DNA from: an uncultured Roseburia sp.
GTDB taxonomy: Bacteria > Bacillota > Clostridia > Lachnospirales > Lachnospiraceae
Assembly: GCA_947628935.1 (NCBI GenBank)
Contig: CANRBT010000001.1
Span: 1-49,616, forward strand
Length of the DNA: 49,616 nt
Reading direction: 5' to 3'
Within the stretch, counting starts at the first letter, position 1, and each line of letters begins with the position of its first letter. The notes beneath the pieces are model-generated. The model worked only from the letters and a program-made list of their open reading frames with translations, did not search any database and was not told the DNA's origin. The translations under genes and the position numbers were made by a program. Shown here in pieces: positions 47,108-49,616 of this stretch.

Positions 47108-47974
47108 TCACTGGAACGTCCGAACCAGACTTCCGATCAGGAGATTCCAGCCATCCGCAAGGATGAACAGCAGAATCTTAAACGGCAGAGAGATCGTCGT
47201 GGGCGGAAGCATCATCATACCCATGGACATCAGCACGGACGCCACGATCATGTCGATCACAATAAACGGAATGTAAATCAAAAATCCCATCTCAAACGCA
47301 TAGCGCAATTCGCTGATGATAAACGCCGGCACGACCGTCGTAAACGGCACTTCATAGTAATCCTCCAGCGTCATATCGTCGGGATATTCCTGTCCGTCGA
47401 TCTCCATGAACAGCTGCAGATCCTTCTCCATCGTCTCCCCGTACATAAAATCACGCAGCGGAAGCTGTGCCGCCTCGATCGCCTGCTCCACGGAGATGTC
47501 CCCGTTATCCATCGGCTGGATCGCCTGCTCATTGATCTCCTGGAACGTCGGCCACATGATAAAAAACGTCAAAAACAACGCCAAGCCCGCCATGACCTGA
47601 TTGGGCGGCGACGTCTGTGTGCCGATCGCAGTGCGCACAAAGTGAAGAACCACAATGACGCGCGTATAGGATGTCAGCATGATCAAAAGCGAAGGCGCCA
47701 CAGCGATCACAGTGAGCACCAGCAGCGCCCGTATAGGCGCAGATACGCTTCCGTCCTCATTGTTCACTGTGACGGACAGGAGACCGTTGTTGATGTCGTC
47801 CCGCGCATCCAGCGGTTCGTCCGTCTCCCCCGACGCTTCGTCGGAAAGCACATCATCCCCTATATCCGTCGCATAAACGCTCCGCGCAGCACCCGGCGAG
47901 AACAACACAACTGCAGCCACCAGGATCGCCGCTATGAATGACAGCGCACAATACGATTTTTTTATAGTTTTCAT
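47108..47974 (-). CDS. fliP: Flagellar biosynthesis protein FliP
   Basis: TSYTRVIVVL, PPNQV, PAFIISEL, GMMMLPPTTISLPFK..LF..DGW. Confidence 0.97.
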   Translation of the reverse strand: MKTIKKSYCALSFIAAILVAAVVLFSPGAARSVYATDIGDDVLSDEASGETDEPLDARDDINNGLLSVTVNNEDGSVSAPIRALLVLTVIAVAPSLLIMLTSYTRVIVVLHFVRTAIGTQTSPPNQVMAGLALFLTFFIMWPTFQEINEQAIQPMDNGDISVEQAIEAAQLPLRDFMYGETMEKDLQLFMEIDGQEYPDDMTLEDYYEVPFTTVVPAFIISELRYAFEMGFLIYIPFIVIDMIVASVLMSMGMMMLPPTTISLPFKILLFILADGWNLLIGSLVRTFQ

Positions 47975-47977
47975 AGT

Positions 47978-48373
47978 CTAATCCTGTTTCCCGGAGAAAC
48001 GCCCGCGCATCCTGTTCAAGGTCTCCTGAAAGCTTTCCTTCACATCGCCGGAAAAAACCGTCGGGCGGGCTCCCCCTCTTATCTGCTCCTCGGTCAGACC
48101 GATCTCATCCTCTGTCAGCTTCGCCAGCATCGTGACCGTATCTTTCCCAACCGCAACGACCAGATAAACGTCTCCTATCTTTAAGATCTGGATGTACTTC
48201 CCCGCAGCGATCTGTACGGTATCTATGACCTGCAGGCTCCGCCCCGTCATCTGCATTTTCTGGAATCCGCCGATCCACCTTGTCACAAGATAGGTGATGA
48301 GGAGCACAAACACAAAAATCAGGAGCACACCCAGAAGCTGTATCAAACTATCCCATGAAGCGGCAAGCAGCAT
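47978..48373 (-). CDS. fliO: Flagellar protein FliO/FliZ
   Basis: N-terminal TM and LQVIDTVQI...KYIQILKIG; lies between cheY and fliP. Confidence 0.85.
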   Translation of the reverse strand: MLLAASWDSLIQLLGVLLIFVFVLLITYLVTRWIGGFQKMQMTGRSLQVIDTVQIAAGKYIQILKIGDVYLVVAVGKDTVTMLAKLTEDEIGLTEEQIRGGARPTVFSGDVKESFQETLNRMRGRFSGKQD

Positions 48374-48377
48374 CGCA

Positions 48378-48737
48378 TTAGCCCACTACTTTTTTCACAG
48401 CCTCAAGCACGCGCTCTGCCTGGAACGGCTTGACAATGAAATCCTTTGCCCCGGACTGGATCGCCTCGATCACCATCGCCTGCTGTCCCATAGCGGAACA
48501 CATGATGACGTTCGCGCCGGCATCGATCTCCTTGATCTTCTTGAGCGCCTGAATGCCATCCATATCCGGCATGGTGATATCCATCAGCACCAGATCCGGC
48601 TTTGCATCCGGGTACTTCTCCACTGCAACTTTTCCGTTCTCCGCCTCCGCGGCGATCTCATAGCCATTCTTTGTCAGAATGTCCTTGATCATCATTCTCA
48701 TAAAAGCTGCATCGTCGCAAATCATAATCTTTGCCAT
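48378..48737 (-). CDS. cheY: Chemotaxis response regulator CheY
   Basis: DDAAFMRMM, LMDITMP, CSAMGQQ, FIVKPF. Confidence 0.97.
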   Translation of the reverse strand: MAKIMICDDAAFMRMMIKDILTKNGYEIAAEAENGKVAVEKYPDAKPDLVLMDITMPDMDGIQALKKIKEIDAGANVIMCSAMGQQAMVIEAIQSGAKDFIVKPFQAERVLEAVKKVVG

Positions 48738-48776
48738 AATACTCTCTCCTATTCATACATGTTTTTTTGTGACGTC

Positions 48777-49616
48777 TTATTTCACTATCTCAGTAATACG
48801 AATGCCATAGCTCTCCTCGATAATCACGACTTCGCCCTTGGCAACGTACTTACCGTTCACCAGAACATCGATCGGCTCACCTGCGATACGATTTAATTCT
48901 ATAATAGTTCCGGGTGTAAAATCAAGAATCTCTTTGATCGATTTTGACGTTCTACCCAATTCCACTGTGACTTCAAGCGGTACGTCCATGATCAAATCGA
49001 TATTTTCCGGTCCATACCCCACTGGAGCGTTTCCCGAAAACGCCTGGAACTGCGCCGGCTGTACATTTACCTGTTGTCCATACATCTGTGACATGTCCTG
49101 TCCCATCATCGGATTCCCCATCATCGGCATTCCCATCCCTGGATACCCCATCATCTGCGGGTTCGCCATTCCCTGCGCCCCCATTGCCTGTTGCTGCGGC
49201 ATCGGCTGCGGAGCCGATGCGGCTGCTCCCTGCGGAGCCTGTTGCTGTGCAGCCGCCGCTTCCGGCGCCTGACTGCCCAGCGTCTCGTTGACGTCACGCT
49301 CCATGTTCTCTGTAACGCCCTTGCACATCTCTCTGGCAAAATCTGCCGGATAGAGCTGCATCAGTTCACTGTCGATCAGATCTCCGATCTCCATTCGGAA
49401 AGCGACCTTGACGAAATCGCCTGTCAAAAACTCCGCGATCTGCCCCTCGTCAACCGTCTGCTGAAGATCGATCAGATCCGCCTGCGGCGGGCTGATGTCG
49501 ATCACCTTGTTCAGCATCGAGGACATCGCCGTCGCCGAAGAACCCATCATCTGGTTCATCGCCTCGCTGATCGCGCTCAGGTGCAATTCCCCGAGCTCCC
49601 CGCTGGTGTTCGTACC
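48777..49616 (-). CDS. fliY: Flagellar switch phosphatase FliY, C-terminal part (5' end beyond the window)
   Basis: CheC-like SAISEAMNQM motif plus FliN domain (DVPLEVTVELG...GEPIDVLVNG...GEVV). The frame is open to the window edge. Confidence 0.93.
   Translation of the reverse strand, partial: GTNTSGELGELHLSAISEAMNQMMGSSATAMSSMLNKVIDISPPQADLIDLQQTVDEGQIAEFLTGDFVKVAFRMEIGDLIDSELMQLYPADFAREMCKGVTENMERDVNETLGSQAPEAAAAQQQAPQGAAASAPQPMPQQQAMGAQGMANPQMMGYPGMGMPMMGNPMMGQDMSQMYGQQVNVQPAQFQAFSGNAPVGYGPENIDLIMDVPLEVTVELGRTSKSIKEILDFTPGTIIELNRIAGEPIDVLVNGKYVAKGEVVIIEESYGIRITEIVK
48869..48895 (-). promoter_or_regulatory. Candidate sigma28/SigD promoter inside fliY
   Basis: TAAA-15 nt-GCCGATCG versus consensus TAAA-N15-GCCGATAW. 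Confidence 0.5.

Noticed and set aside
1-49616. CRISPR arrays, tRNA/rRNA, IS elements, prophage or defence genes
   Set aside because: Intergenic gaps are short and explained by promoters, leaders and terminators. No repeat-spacer pattern or recombinase/transposase ORF was seen.

Overview
GC-rich, almost entirely coding chromosomal segment from a motile, probably spore-forming Clostridia member. Gene content and protein style suggest Lachnospiraceae (inference). Most genes are on the minus strand. From right to left it holds: (i) the distal half of a Bacillus-type fla/che operon (fliY' cheY fliO fliP fliQ fliR flhB flhA flhF flhG PilZ cheB cheA cheW cheC cheD orf fliA plus three uncharacterised genes); (ii) rpsB-tsf with an S2 leader; (iii) five genes that interrupt the usual tsf-pyrH linkage (DUF1538 membrane protein plus tandem PII-like protein on +; short Na/Pi cotransporter, polysaccharide deacetylase and bactofilin on -); (iv) pyrH-frr-uppS-cdsA-dxr-rseP-ispG-polC; (v) a DUF5050-like propeller protein; (vi) a pheA-DUF815 ATPase-ppx-ppk-Cof HAD operon; (vii) a PHP phosphatase and an orphan cheW; (viii) infC-rpmI-rplT with an L20 leader and ATT start; (ix) a tandem YhgE/Pip module. 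I saw no rRNA, tRNA, CRISPR array, transposase, integrase or phage genes. The best leads are: a two-domain PII-like gene with a strong in-frame internal ribosome-binding site (possible 2+1 trimer) paired with a DUF1538 transporter and bracketed by a direct repeat; a bactofilin-deacetylase pair coupled to pyrH; a Ppx with degenerate catalytic motifs; a sigma28-like promoter inside fliY; and an L27/Prp-like N-terminal motif on FlhB. All family calls come from motif recognition by eye, not from database searches.
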